Source: an uncultured virus (IMG/VR IMGVR_UViG_3300030060_005186) (Duplodnaviria > Heunggongvirae > Uroviricota > Caudoviricetes). Taken from it: a stretch of DNA of 64,000 nt. The notes beneath the pieces are model-generated. The model was not told where the DNA came from and ran no database searches. It saw nothing but the letters and a program-made list of their open reading frames with translations. This document shows positions 50,414 to 60,283 of this stretch, one piece after another (the stretch's first letter is position 1; every line of letters starts with the position of its first letter). The DNA is taken from the IMG/VR virus record IMGVR_UViG_3300030060_005186; one strand, written 5' to 3'. Both the position numbers and the translations under genes were made by a program.

Positions 50414-51777
50414 CAGACATCACCAACCAACGTGCTCGCTTCGTCAACTAATTTAATCATCTCAGGGTCCTCTTGGGCCCACGAGGCGACCTCTTGTTCA
50501 TCAACATTCCACTCATTTAGCAGGTCTTCCGCCTTTACATCGCGCCAGTTCTCCCACTTCACCACGCGATACAAGTCGTCACGGCGTTGCTTGACCAAGT
50601 CACTGCTACGCCCTCTCAAGTCTAGCAACTCAAGCACGCAATCTGCTTGCTTCTTCTTCAACTGGAGGAAGGGACGTGTGTTCTTGAGCAGTCTCTGCAA
50701 GTCGTCCTTGCTATAGAACTGCAAGCGATGCTGACTGCGCTTGCTGTTCTTGTGCAACTTCAGGTCTAGTTGGAGCACTCCGCACCCGAGCGTTTTATGG
50801 AGTTGCTCGCAATGCAATCGCCCTCTGTCTCCAGTGGCGATTATGCCAGCCCTCCCCTCTCCTCTCTTCGTGATTGTGATATAGCCATCAGCGTCGAGGA
50901 AGCCAGCGGTGTACGCCCATGGGTCCTTCAAAATCAGGTAGTCGTTCACGGTAGCCTTCTCCCAACGAGAGGTGTTCTTGACGATGTCGAAGTCGTCTCC
51001 GTGCATCTTCAACAAGGCTCCTAGCCTCTGAGTGGTCAGGCCAGTGTTCCGTGCATCGTGCTGGTGGATGTGGTGGAGTATGGTCCGAGAGTCCATGGCG
51101 CCGAACTCGCCTAGCACGTCAGATGCCGATTCAAGCCAGACTACCTCTTTCTTGGTGAGGCTGTCCGACTGATGCAGGGTATTGCGCCACATCTTCTTCG
51201 ACTCGTTTCTCTTCGCTAGTGCCTCTACCCATAGAGAAGCCTGCTCTTCGGAGAAGTCCCCTGTGACCTGACTGAGTTTGCTAATGACGTCGTTGGCATT
51301 CTCCCACTGGAGGCAAGCCTGCTTCAACGACACCTCACGAGTGATAGCATGTTTCCTGAGAGCCTTGAGGTTTCGCTCCGATAGGCCTAGTTGCTTCATG
51401 GTGTTCTGATGCTCATGTGACCACGGGATGGAGTTCAACAGGCTGTCCACCTCCATTTTCTTCATGCCCCTAATCAAATCTATAGCATCGTCTATCTCCT
51501 CTCTGTGCTGCTTGTGCAATCTTCTCTTCTTGCGCAGTTCTTTGACCATCTGATTGGCGTCCTTGTCGAAGCGAGACGTGAACCAACCCGCAGTGTCGAA
51601 TTGCACGGGACTCAGTTGGGCAGGCTCGCTTTCAAGCGACTCAGGACGCTCGAGCGATTCGTAGTGCTTCAGTATGGGGTTGGTGGACAGTTGCTTCTCT
51701 ACCCATATCTTGTCTATGTCTAACTCGTTTGTAGCAAAGTCAAAGTCATCACCGAGTAAATCACTGCCCCAACTCAC
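50413..51777 (-). CDS. Protein with a C-terminal single-motif LAGLIDADG endonuclease-like domain
   Basis: YTAGFLDADGYI..LGCGVL..PFLQLKKKQA. Probable GTG start at 51777 with GAGGTG RBS (track start 51816). Confidence 0.8.
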   Translation of the reverse strand: MSWGSDLLGDDFDFATNELDIDKIWVEKQLSTNPILKHYESLERPESLESEPAQLSPVQFDTAGWFTSRFDKDANQMVKELRKKRRLHKQHREEIDDAIDLIRGMKKMEVDSLLNSIPWSHEHQNTMKQLGLSERNLKALRKHAITREVSLKQACLQWENANDVISKLSQVTGDFSEEQASLWVEALAKRNESKKMWRNTLHQSDSLTKKEVVWLESASDVLGEFGAMDSRTILHHIHQHDARNTGLTTQRLGALLKMHGDDFDIVKNTSRWEKATVNDYLILKDPWAYTAGFLDADGYITITKRGEGRAGIIATGDRGRLHCEQLHKTLGCGVLQLDLKLHKNSKRSQHRLQFYSKDDLQRLLKNTRPFLQLKKKQADCVLELLDLRGRSSDLVKQRRDDLYRVVKWENWRDVKAEDLLNEWNVDEQEVASWAQEDPEMIKLVDEASTLVGDV

Positions 51778-51778
51778 T

Positions 51779-52099
51779 TCAAGCACCTCTACATACAGGA
51801 CAAGGTTCTGACTCATCCTCCGCTCCTACTTCTCCCGCACCTTTGCAAACAGGACAATTGTCGTCGCCTTTGATACCTAACCAATCCATCATCTCCTTAT
51901 TTTCTGCGGGGGACAACTCCTCTCTGAAATCAGGCATCGGTTCTCCACGACAATGATGCATATCATATCCATTCTGGCTCAGGAATCTCCTCTTGCACTT
52001 GTCGCACTGTATGCCTGTCCTAAGTCGGGCTAAATCTTTTGGGCTCAAATCAGAGGCGTCGGGGGTTTCTTCACCTTTCAGAACAGCCCACCAACTCAA
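51779..52099 (-). CDS. Small zinc-finger accessory protein with N-terminal SWWAVLKG motif
   Basis: CDKC..F....Y..HHC finger plus CPVCKGAG/CPVCRG repeats. Lower GC than the terminase gene. Confidence 0.7.
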   Translation of the reverse strand: MSWWAVLKGEETPDASDLSPKDLARLRTGIQCDKCKRRFLSQNGYDMHHCRGEPMPDFREELSPAENKEMMDWLGIKGDDNCPVCKGAGEVGAEDESEPCPVCRGA

Positions 52100-53505
52100 T
52101 CTATCAACCCCGACATCAACGCGTCCAAGTCTATGATTCTCTCACGGAACTCGGTAGTGGCCCAATTGCCCAGAGCGAGGGCTATGGCGAAGTCATCGTG
52201 CCTAGCGATGCTGTCCAACTTCCCCTCCTTGCTCATTCCAAACATGATTAGTTCGTGCTCCAATTGGCTGACGATGTCGCGTGACCTCTCGTCTCCCCAT
52301 GGTAAGCGAATCTGCTCTCGCTCAAAGCGAAGCACCAGACCCATAAGAAGGCTCTCTCTCCTCTGCTTGGTACTGATGAAAGTCTTGATGGGCAGGTCTG
52401 TGTCAGCCCTGAGTTCAGTAGCGAAGACACGCTGGAAGTGGTTGGCCTCCAGTTCTATGACCTCAGGGCGGAACTTGCTGTTCAAACGCTGTATCTCGAT
52501 TATCTGCGTCCTGAAGTCCATGCCCTTCTTGCGCACCACATGCACCAGTTCCAGAGTCTCGGGAGCGTCCGCTGGTCTGCGTAACACGAGCATGACAGTG
52601 TAGTCAGCCTGCCTGTCTGAGGATATGGCAGGGTCCCAGCCTATGAAATACTGACTGTCATCGTCACGGTCACGCCTGTCCATCAGCACGAGGTTCGGCT
52701 CCTTGCACGCATTGACCACGGTAGAGGGGAACAGGCTGGACATGTCGTCCATAGGCTCGCAGAGATACTCACGGGTGAAGGCGATGGCAGGCATATCCAT
52801 CCGCCTAGCGTCTAATGCTTCCAAGGACCACCTCCACGGCCATAGCGGCTCGCCCTTCGCATTGATTGCAGGATAAGTCTCAACTAGATACCCGTCTCTC
52901 CTCTCCAGTTCGGTATAGAGGTCAGTAGGAGTGAACGGGGTTCCTACCACGCACAACTGTGATGTGTGATGGAGCGTAGGTACGAGGACCTCGTAGAACC
53001 AAGAGGCGACACGCTGCAGTTCGGTGTCCGTAGTCCCCCAGAGTATGTCGTCTAGCAGAATCAAATCGGGGTGAGCGCCTCTGACACCACCACCGACTGA
53101 CTTGGCGTTGATTCGAGAGCCGTTGGTGAAGCCGAAGAACGTCTTGGACCAAGCGTCCTTGTCCTTCATCTTCGCTAGCATGGGACTGGACTCAATCAGG
53201 TCATTGAGGCCTCTCATGTGCCTGATGGATTGGTCTAGGCTGTGGCTGAAAATCATCGTATCCAAACGTGGTGTGAATATGACCTTCCATAGCAAATAGC
53301 CAAGGAACAAAGTAGATTTGCCGTGGTCTCGAGATGCTTTCACGCAATACCTGTTGTGGGTGTTGAGGTTGTGGAACCACTTGGCATGATGGTCGGCCAA
53401 CTGCCAACCGAGTATCTCCTCGAAAAAGAACTTGAAGTCCTTCTTCGCCATCTCCCAGTCTATGTCTTCTATGACTTGTGGGACTTCGTTCGACACACTC
53501 ACCAC
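52096..53505 (-). CDS. terL: Terminase large subunit
   Basis: Walker A ASRDHGKST, Walker B LILLDD, VVGTP, FTREYLC, nuclease motifs IGWDPA..DYT and HDD..IALAL. Confidence 0.95.
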   Translation of the reverse strand: MVSVSNEVPQVIEDIDWEMAKKDFKFFFEEILGWQLADHHAKWFHNLNTHNRYCVKASRDHGKSTLFLGYLLWKVIFTPRLDTMIFSHSLDQSIRHMRGLNDLIESSPMLAKMKDKDAWSKTFFGFTNGSRINAKSVGGGVRGAHPDLILLDDILWGTTDTELQRVASWFYEVLVPTLHHTSQLCVVGTPFTPTDLYTELERRDGYLVETYPAINAKGEPLWPWRWSLEALDARRMDMPAIAFTREYLCEPMDDMSSLFPSTVVNACKEPNLVLMDRRDRDDDSQYFIGWDPAISSDRQADYTVMLVLRRPADAPETLELVHVVRKKGMDFRTQIIEIQRLNSKFRPEVIELEANHFQRVFATELRADTDLPIKTFISTKQRRESLLMGLVLRFEREQIRLPWGDERSRDIVSQLEHELIMFGMSKEGKLDSIARHDDFAIALALGNWATTEFRERIIDLDALMSGLID

Positions 53506-56132
53506 TCCTCCTTGAAGAAGGTGTCAAACGCCCTGTCTAGAGGGTCATCGCTCTTTCCTAATTGCGATTCGTTTTCTAGCATTTGCTTGTAGTATGCTTT
53601 TACCTCGTCGACACGCTTGCCTGCTGCAATCGCTGCCTCCATTATCGTCTTGTTTTTCTGTTTTTGAGTCATGTTATCAGTCAGAGACTTCGCCCCATCA
53701 AGGATAGGCTCTCGTAGATAATTGATGAGAGGAGTGGCGTCTGAAGCCGATACTGCTTGAAACAGAGGGTCTTCCATTACATTTTCACTCGTAGGTGTGT
53801 TGAGAACCTCCGCGAAATTCTCACCTAGGGAGTCTCTGATTGCCGCGAAAGGCTCGTTAGCAGCCATTTCCAAGGGAGTGCCTCTCCCTTCTCTCCGAGC
53901 GATGATGTCTTGTACGTTCCCAGCCATTTGAGGCATTGTCTCTTCACCCGTCAGTTCTGGGTTGTCCATGTTGAAAGCGTCAGTCTCCTCGGTGGTTCCC
54001 TCTCTAGCAGCAGCAGGTTCTGCGTTTGCGGCACTTGACCTAACTCCAGTTCGCTTCTTCTTCTTCTTATCGTAGCCTTGCGCTTTTCGCTGTGCGAGGA
54101 AAGCGTCTCTCCCGACTCCGTGGACGTTCGGGAGCAAGTCATACAGAGCCGCTTCAGAGGGCCTCACCGCGTATGACTCCGCTCCCTCCTCATCGGGGAA
54201 CTCAGCCATCGTCTCCTGTGCCCCTTCCAAGGCGTCGTACTCCCACACTGCAGGGTCTCTGGTATTGTCACCACCTAACCGGGCTATGGAATCCAAGAAA
54301 CTACCACGCCCGGAGAAGGGCTTGATTCGACCTGTGCCTTTGGTCACTTGGGAAGCGATGGTAGCATCATCGACTCCCATGCTCTTCAGGTAATTGATGT
54401 AGTTCGCCACTTCCTCGTTGTACCTCTTCTCGGTCTCCTTGAAGTCTATCTCCCCATCATCGGTCATGCTGAATATCCCCCCGGTATCGGAGTCTCTCAT
54501 TCCTTCCACCATGTTCGCTGTATGACTTCTCATCAGGCCTTTGTATTTCGAGGAGAATGGAGGGTCTACGTACTTCTCCCCCGTAGTGGGGTCTATTAGT
54601 TGGTCTCTGCGCAATTGCCCTCCTATGTTACCTGCGTGTCCTAATCTAGACAGCATTTGCCTTCTCTTCGCCGTTCTATTCATGCCCATCGGGTAATCGT
54701 ATATTCTAGGAGGCGCTGCGCCTTGCCTCATGTCCATCGCAGACCTGCCTGCGACGTAGTCTGCGTCACCTTCCTCACCCACACCGGCTACGGCAGGGAA
54801 GGCACGATGCCCGTAGTCATAGCCATCGTAAGTCTCAGCCTCTTCAAGAGGTTCCTCCTCCTTTTCTTCTTCAGGTCCTACTTGAGTAATCGGTTCTGTA
54901 GGAGTTTCTCTTTCTCCTCCAGCAGGGGGTGGGGCTGTAACTCTCTCGCCCCGGTTTTGAGCATCTGCCATCTCGCGTGCGTTTGCAGTTCTTCGCACAC
55001 CTACTCCTCCCTCATTGCCCTGAGGCAATTGAGTCTCAAGCCCCCCTTGCTCGTCACCAAGTTCATCTCCCTCGGGAGGTTCCTCAGGTTGTGCGTCAGG
55101 TTGTTCATCTCGCCCAAATCTGTTGTTGTATATCTCTAAGATTCTATCCCGCGCTAGTTGACGATTGTGAGGGCTAACATTTTTGTCGTTTGCTAGGGAG
55201 TCATATCTGAGAACCTGTTGTCGGTCCTCAGGGCTAAGCGCTAGGAACTCCGCGGAGTTTTCTCGTGAGGGGAAGAGAGCCTGCTGGAAAGCAGTGTCCA
55301 GAGCCTCTCGTTGCACAGGGTCGAGATTTCCTCTGTTCTTATCCGCTCTGTTCGCTGCTTGGGTTGCGGCGTACACCTCTCTGAAACGCTCATGCTCCTC
55401 TGGACTCGCACCTATCAGCAAGTCAGCCAATGCTCTCTTGTCTCTCTTGTGTCGAGAGTAGTCCTTCGCTTCTTGTTGTAAGCCCTTAGCCCAATCGCGC
55501 ACTTTCCTAGGCAATCCCATGAGGGCTCTAGCAGAACCCCCTGCCGCTGCAGCCATTGTCCGAGCAGCACGGTCACCCATACCGGGCTGGATAGTGGCTC
55601 CCGGCATGTTCGGGTCATCCTCGGGAAGTTGATACTCGAACTGATACGGCTTGTCTCCAGTTGGCACTTTCTGACCGCGGGCTTGCGCGTAGCGACGCTG
55701 ACGGGCTATTTCCTTCCGACTCCCAGCATTTATGGAGGGACTCACGACGCCTACTCTACTCATGGCAGGCGCAGTAGAGAATGGGGCAGGTGCGCGGTCT
55801 TCTCCCACTGTCACAGGAGGCGCTGCTGCTGGAGGCGCTGCTGCTGGAGCCGCTGCTGGAGGAGGGGGAGGAGGAGCACGAACACTAGTTTGCGGTGCGC
55901 TGAACATGCCTCCTTGGTCAAGCCCGTGCATTCGACGGCTTACCGGGTCAGTCAAGTTAGGAACCGCGCCCGGCGCAGTCGCTTTGGTGAATAGGCCAGA
56001 GTCCTCATCACCGAAGAACACGTAATCGTACACTGCCTCTGTGGCATTGTAACTTTTGAGAAGGAGATACACAGCAACGCTGTCACCATAGGCGATTCTC
56101 GAGACTTGGAATTCAGTGGTATTCATAGTCAT
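53499..56132 (-). CDS. Large hypothetical protein, largely disordered/acidic (candidate internal virion protein)
   Basis: 877-aa coupled ORF with P/A- and E-rich tracts. Confidence 0.7.
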   Translation of the reverse strand: MTMNTTEFQVSRIAYGDSVAVYLLLKSYNATEAVYDYVFFGDEDSGLFTKATAPGAVPNLTDPVSRRMHGLDQGGMFSAPQTSVRAPPPPPPAAAPAAAPPAAAPPVTVGEDRAPAPFSTAPAMSRVGVVSPSINAGSRKEIARQRRYAQARGQKVPTGDKPYQFEYQLPEDDPNMPGATIQPGMGDRAARTMAAAAGGSARALMGLPRKVRDWAKGLQQEAKDYSRHKRDKRALADLLIGASPEEHERFREVYAATQAANRADKNRGNLDPVQREALDTAFQQALFPSRENSAEFLALSPEDRQQVLRYDSLANDKNVSPHNRQLARDRILEIYNNRFGRDEQPDAQPEEPPEGDELGDEQGGLETQLPQGNEGGVGVRRTANAREMADAQNRGERVTAPPPAGGERETPTEPITQVGPEEEKEEEPLEEAETYDGYDYGHRAFPAVAGVGEEGDADYVAGRSAMDMRQGAAPPRIYDYPMGMNRTAKRRQMLSRLGHAGNIGGQLRRDQLIDPTTGEKYVDPPFSSKYKGLMRSHTANMVEGMRDSDTGGIFSMTDDGEIDFKETEKRYNEEVANYINYLKSMGVDDATIASQVTKGTGRIKPFSGRGSFLDSIARLGGDNTRDPAVWEYDALEGAQETMAEFPDEEGAESYAVRPSEAALYDLLPNVHGVGRDAFLAQRKAQGYDKKKKKRTGVRSSAANAEPAAAREGTTEETDAFNMDNPELTGEETMPQMAGNVQDIIARREGRGTPLEMAANEPFAAIRDSLGENFAEVLNTPTSENVMEDPLFQAVSASDATPLINYLREPILDGAKSLTDNMTQKQKNKTIMEAAIAAGKRVDEVKAYYKQMLENESQLGKSDDPLDRAFDTFFKEEW
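55816..55860. repeat. 15-nt tandem repeat encoding AAAPP
   Basis: ggaggcgctgctgct x2 plus a degenerate third copy. Confidence 0.7.
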
Positions 56133-57889
56133 GAGAACGCTCCGCGTGATAATTTGACAGCGCTGACGATACGGGGGTCAATCATTAGCGTTTTGGCAAT
56201 AACATGCCAATCTCCACGACTCTCGGTAATGAACTTCAAATCGTTTGTAGTTAAGGAGAATTCTTTACAGAGGTCTTCGTCGTCGGTCCATTGAGGCAGA
56301 GACTTGACTATGCTCATGTCCGTCTTAGCATCAGCCAATTGAAGTCTCTCCATGAGGTCGTACAGACTTTGCTCTGAAGTCTGCACGAGTCCGGGATTGT
56401 CACCGGGACCGATGAAAGTTCGATTACCATCGTCATCAGTTGTCGAACCCATGGCCATCTGTGAAGCATAGAGAGACTCAGGCACTGTCGGGTTGGTTAT
56501 GTGAGAGATGTCTATCTCCCCTTCATTCAAGCCCCTCTGAGTGAGAAGTCTACGACTGGGCTTGTCTTGGTCGGGGAACAAGCCATTGATGTAATTGGAG
56601 ATTGCCCCATAATGGTCAGTATGGTCACGGTAACTCTGTATGTGGTCGCTGTCGAGTCCTGCGTTTCTCAGCATTTGCGAGATAGCCAGCGATTCTAGCA
56701 TCCTCGTGCCTACGGAGTTGGGTATCCCCAGCCTCCCCATGCCTGTTGCTCGATAGCCACGGACCAAGGATTGCTGCTCTCGTTGTACCTCTTCGTGAGT
56801 CTTTCCTGTGGCTTCCATGATACGACCATAGAGAGCCTCTATGTTGCTGTTGATAGCGCTACGACCTCCTCTTGTGGGGTTATCGTCACGAAGCCCGTTC
56901 CATAGCGAGCCGATTACTGTCCCTGAGAGGAGGCTGGCATTCCTATCATCGTAGCCTGCATCCATGAACTTCTGCTTCGCTTCTTCAGTCCCTCCGCTTT
57001 CTCTGTCCTTAGCATGGAAGAACGTCGAGTCCAAGCCTGCTAGGATGTGCCTGATATCCACGTTCTCGCGAGCGGATAGTTGTGCCTCATCGGAGAAGAA
57101 TGGAGAATCTGGGGCTACGTCTGTATTCTTGTATCTTCTGACTAGATTTGGGACCTCTTGCTCATTTACGTCTACCATGACGTCTTGGGGTTCTAGATGC
57201 CCGTAGAGCCCTATTCTCGTGGGGACGTAAGTGCCGTTCAACTTCGCTGCGTCCTTGTAAGGCTGCCCGTGGCCGATAATCTCTCCGAACTCCCTCCAAG
57301 AGGGGAATGCCGCACTCTCTAGAACGTCACCGCCTTGGAAACTGGTGACGTCCTTGCTGTTCTTGTAGAATGTGACGTGACCGTGCTTGTTGTGCGGTGT
57401 GTGCATTTCAGTCTGCTTGTCTCTGGGATAGTCTCCCACTACGACTTTGGACCAAGCGTCATTCAGCCTGCCGTTCGCATCGAAGTAGAGGTCGATTCTC
57501 TGCCCAGCAGGCACTTTACGATTGTACATTTCGACAGACTTGTTCATGAGTTCCTTGGCTCGCTTCAACCTCGCTTCGTAAGAGACATTTGCGAAAGCAG
57601 GGACTTTCTTCATATCAGCAGCGATTTTCTTAGCAGCGCCCTCTATGGGGAAAGCGTGCTCTATAGTGCCATTCGGATTGTCTTCCGACCTGACGGCGTT
57701 GAGTAACTTCCCAGTCTTGGGATGCACCATCCATGGATTGAGGGAATCATCAGTTATTGAACCCGCAGAGAAGGGGATGTAGTTGATGACTTGCTCACCG
57801 TTCTCATCGAGCACTGGATTCCCGTTCTCGTCGAACATGGGCTCGTGCAAGAAGACACCCTTACCCTTGATTATAAAATCAGTCATCAC
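56129..57889 (-). CDS. Hypothetical protein (586 aa)
   Basis: Coupled ORF. Possible short helical/HTH-like C-terminal domain. Confidence 0.7.
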   Translation of the reverse strand: MMTDFIIKGKGVFLHEPMFDENGNPVLDENGEQVINYIPFSAGSITDDSLNPWMVHPKTGKLLNAVRSEDNPNGTIEHAFPIEGAAKKIAADMKKVPAFANVSYEARLKRAKELMNKSVEMYNRKVPAGQRIDLYFDANGRLNDAWSKVVVGDYPRDKQTEMHTPHNKHGHVTFYKNSKDVTSFQGGDVLESAAFPSWREFGEIIGHGQPYKDAAKLNGTYVPTRIGLYGHLEPQDVMVDVNEQEVPNLVRRYKNTDVAPDSPFFSDEAQLSARENVDIRHILAGLDSTFFHAKDRESGGTEEAKQKFMDAGYDDRNASLLSGTVIGSLWNGLRDDNPTRGGRSAINSNIEALYGRIMEATGKTHEEVQREQQSLVRGYRATGMGRLGIPNSVGTRMLESLAISQMLRNAGLDSDHIQSYRDHTDHYGAISNYINGLFPDQDKPSRRLLTQRGLNEGEIDISHITNPTVPESLYASQMAMGSTTDDDGNRTFIGPGDNPGLVQTSEQSLYDLMERLQLADAKTDMSIVKSLPQWTDDEDLCKEFSLTTNDLKFITESRGDWHVIAKTLMIDPRIVSAVKLSRGAFS

Positions 57890-59175
57890 ATATGCCCCCT
57901 TCTAGCGACGATGCCGATGGGATGGGTGCCCCAGTACCTCGGGTCATCCTCAGGGTCGACATCAGTAGGCCCTCGGACATTGCTAGTGGTCTTACGATGA
58001 GCATTCGGCGTGGGTCTCTCATCATCATGCTCTGCGTCTTCCAAACCTGCCTTCCTGAAAACATTGGAACGCAAGACGCGACGGAGTTCACGTATGAGTA
58101 TCTTCAACTCAGCGATGTCAGAGATGGATAGTTCGGCTTTGTGCATCATATCCAGAGAGCCGCCCACTGGAGTGGGGTCTGTGGGAGACGCTCCTGTCGC
58201 TAGGCTAGTCTGGCTTGACGTTCCCTGACCGAGAGGTGTGCCTGCCGTCTTAGGCTGCCTCAATGCCTTCTTGTGTCGCATTTGCGTACCACCCCGACCA
58301 CTGTAGTTCTTGGTGCGCCCTTCAGCCATTGGTAGGATGTTGTTAGGAGTGTATGGTTGTGCTTGTGGGACATAGCGGGAGTGCCCTTGGTGGAATATCT
58401 GCCTCGCACGGTCTCGCGGATTCTTGCTGTATGCCGCTTGCCCGCTTTTCGTGCCTTGGAATCGAGAGGCAGTCACTCTAGGGAACCAGAAACCAGCAGC
58501 CCTGCTTATGCCAGCCAAGCCGCCTTGAATGATTTTCTTCGCTCCATTCATCATCCTAGTTATCCTAGATGGGTCACGAGAGGTGATTTTGAGTTTCTTC
58601 CCGAAGACGTTCTTAGCACTATTGAGGAAGCGCTTGGCCAGCAAGCCCTTCTTCTTTCTGGCTTTCTCCTTGGAAGTGCCTAACTTGCTGCTGAAGAGCC
58701 TAGGCGGTGTCAATGGCTTGGAAGTCTGCTTGACATTCGCGTAGGATATCTTCTTGATGTCTGAGAATGCGAGTTCCATAGGCTCACCAGTCATGATGTT
58801 GGGGCCTCCCATCGCGGAACCAGTCCCGGTCTTGGCACCTACTGCTACATCGAGAGGGAATCCTGTGCTGCTAGCAGGGCCAGTCATTTCCGACAACTCT
58901 TGGTCATTTCGCTGGTCGTCCAACTCGGGCCTCTTCTTGTCTTTTACTCGGATGGCTACGTGCTCTAGACTTTCGAGGTCACGCAGGCGATTGTCCCTCT
59001 CCCGCCTCTTCTTATCATCCTCGCGCTCTTTGCCCGCAGGGTCGTCTCTACCGTAGTTTCTGTCCTCCTCTGCGAACTCAGGAGCCTCTCTGGGATTGAA
59101 TCTCAGACCGGAAGTGGAACCACGATTGCCGCCACCAGCGTACTTGAGCACTAGGATTTTCTTCTTACCAGCCAT
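57886..59175 (-). CDS. Hypothetical basic, low-complexity protein (429 aa)
   Basis: Coupled ORF with a K/R-rich centre. Confidence 0.7.
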   Translation of the reverse strand: MAGKKKILVLKYAGGGNRGSTSGLRFNPREAPEFAEEDRNYGRDDPAGKEREDDKKRRERDNRLRDLESLEHVAIRVKDKKRPELDDQRNDQELSEMTGPASSTGFPLDVAVGAKTGTGSAMGGPNIMTGEPMELAFSDIKKISYANVKQTSKPLTPPRLFSSKLGTSKEKARKKKGLLAKRFLNSAKNVFGKKLKITSRDPSRITRMMNGAKKIIQGGLAGISRAAGFWFPRVTASRFQGTKSGQAAYSKNPRDRARQIFHQGHSRYVPQAQPYTPNNILPMAEGRTKNYSGRGGTQMRHKKALRQPKTAGTPLGQGTSSQTSLATGASPTDPTPVGGSLDMMHKAELSISDIAELKILIRELRRVLRSNVFRKAGLEDAEHDDERPTPNAHRKTTSNVRGPTDVDPEDDPRYWGTHPIGIVARRGHM

Positions 59176-59602
59176 TCTTCCCCTCCAGTATGGTCTCTGT
59201 CGTGCTCATCAAGCGGCTGTTGATGTTGAAGTAGAACTCTTTGAGAGGCTGAGGACCAGTGAATACCTCAGCCATGTGGTCTATGATTTTGTAGAAGTCA
59301 TCCAAACAGGAGTGCAACTGTCTTCGTACATCGAATATCGACTCGTCGTCAATGGTACTGACTTTCGTGAAGAGATGATTGAGATTGGACAACGTGCCGA
59401 TATCCTCGTTGTAGCCATAGTAGACATTAGGGCGAATCTTGCCAAGAGCGGAGTACCACCTGTTCATCACGTCCTCTACCAGAGAGAGGAACAACTGCAT
59501 CTCCTTCTTGTGTATGGGACCAGTGTCCGTCAGGATGGAGGACAATCTCAAGTCTTCGCACATCAGAGTAGTAACGGGTGTGAGCATGGTAGGGTTATTC
59601 AT
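59165..59602 (-). CDS. Hypothetical protein
   Basis: Probable start MNNPTML at 59602, overlapping the upstream stop (track start 59692). Confidence 0.6.
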   Translation of the reverse strand: MNNPTMLTPVTTLMCEDLRLSSILTDTGPIHKKEMQLFLSLVEDVMNRWYSALGKIRPNVYYGYNEDIGTLSNLNHLFTKVSTIDDESIFDVRRQLHSCLDDFYKIIDHMAEVFTGPQPLKEFYFNINSRLMSTTETILEGKNGW

Positions 59603-60278
59603 CGACGACCTCCGCATCTTCTTCCAACAATTTGGCCCTAACCCTCTTCCACACCTCTGGTGATTCCTTGGCCAATTCCACCTTGATGACATTCACAGTA
59701 TCGGCTTGTATGCTCGCACTGCTTTCACCCATGGCCTTCTCTTGGAATCGAACCATCGTCGTGAGTGTGTCGCGTACCTCCTTGTGGAGGCTCACCAGAT
59801 TCTTGATGTACGACGGGTCGTTTCTGTCCGCATCATCAAGGAACAAGTCTAGTTCACCATTGACTCGCTCTAGATTGCTTCTCATCATATCCATCTCCTT
59901 CCCTGTAGCGATGGATACTATGTCAGCCGCGCTCTTCTGCACCAACGGCTTTAGGTGGTGCTTCAAGTGGTGATACACTGTCGACTCGCTGCAGCCAATA
60001 ACATCCGCAACGGCCTCGCTTGTCATGCCCCCTGTGAAGTAAGCCTGCTCTACCTCAGCCCTCTCGGGGTGAGTACAAACTACACAATCACTGTTTGAGC
60101 CCATATGGAACTCCCCCATGTGGTTTCTGAAATGCCGGTCTGCTGTGCCTTCTCTCCAACCCATGTCCTTGTCTAGCATCTTCGGGATTATCGCCCCTTG
60201 GATGAGCCCTTCTTCCAAGTTGTCACGGTCCCCATGCTGGCAGAAAGCGCAAGATTGACGTGTAACGCGTCCACTCAC
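59595..60278 (-). CDS. Duplicated CxxCxH / HTH DNA-binding protein (terminase small subunit candidate)
   Basis: Two units: CAFCQH..ADRHFRNH and CVVCTH..SEAVADVIGCSESTVYHHLKHH, then a coiled coil. Start uncertain (GTG at 60278 or 60299). Confidence 0.65.
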   Translation of the reverse strand: MSGRVTRQSCAFCQHGDRDNLEEGLIQGAIIPKMLDKDMGWREGTADRHFRNHMGEFHMGSNSDCVVCTHPERAEVEQAYFTGGMTSEAVADVIGCSESTVYHHLKHHLKPLVQKSAADIVSIATGKEMDMMRSNLERVNGELDLFLDDADRNDPSYIKNLVSLHKEVRDTLTTMVRFQEKAMGESSASIQADTVNVIKVELAKESPEVWKRVRAKLLEEDAEVVDE

Positions 60279-60283
60279 GACGC

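Noticed and set aside
50413..53505. LAGLIDADG domain as part of an intein or intron in terminase or portal
   Set aside because: Both neighbours are intact and of normal length. No Hint motifs or non-coding intron flanks.
7..60000. Numerous plus-strand ORFs (e.g. 37420..38037, 39823..40392, 7482..7952, 59096..59641)
   Set aside because: Antisense shadows of well-supported minus-strand genes, with no motifs or RBS.
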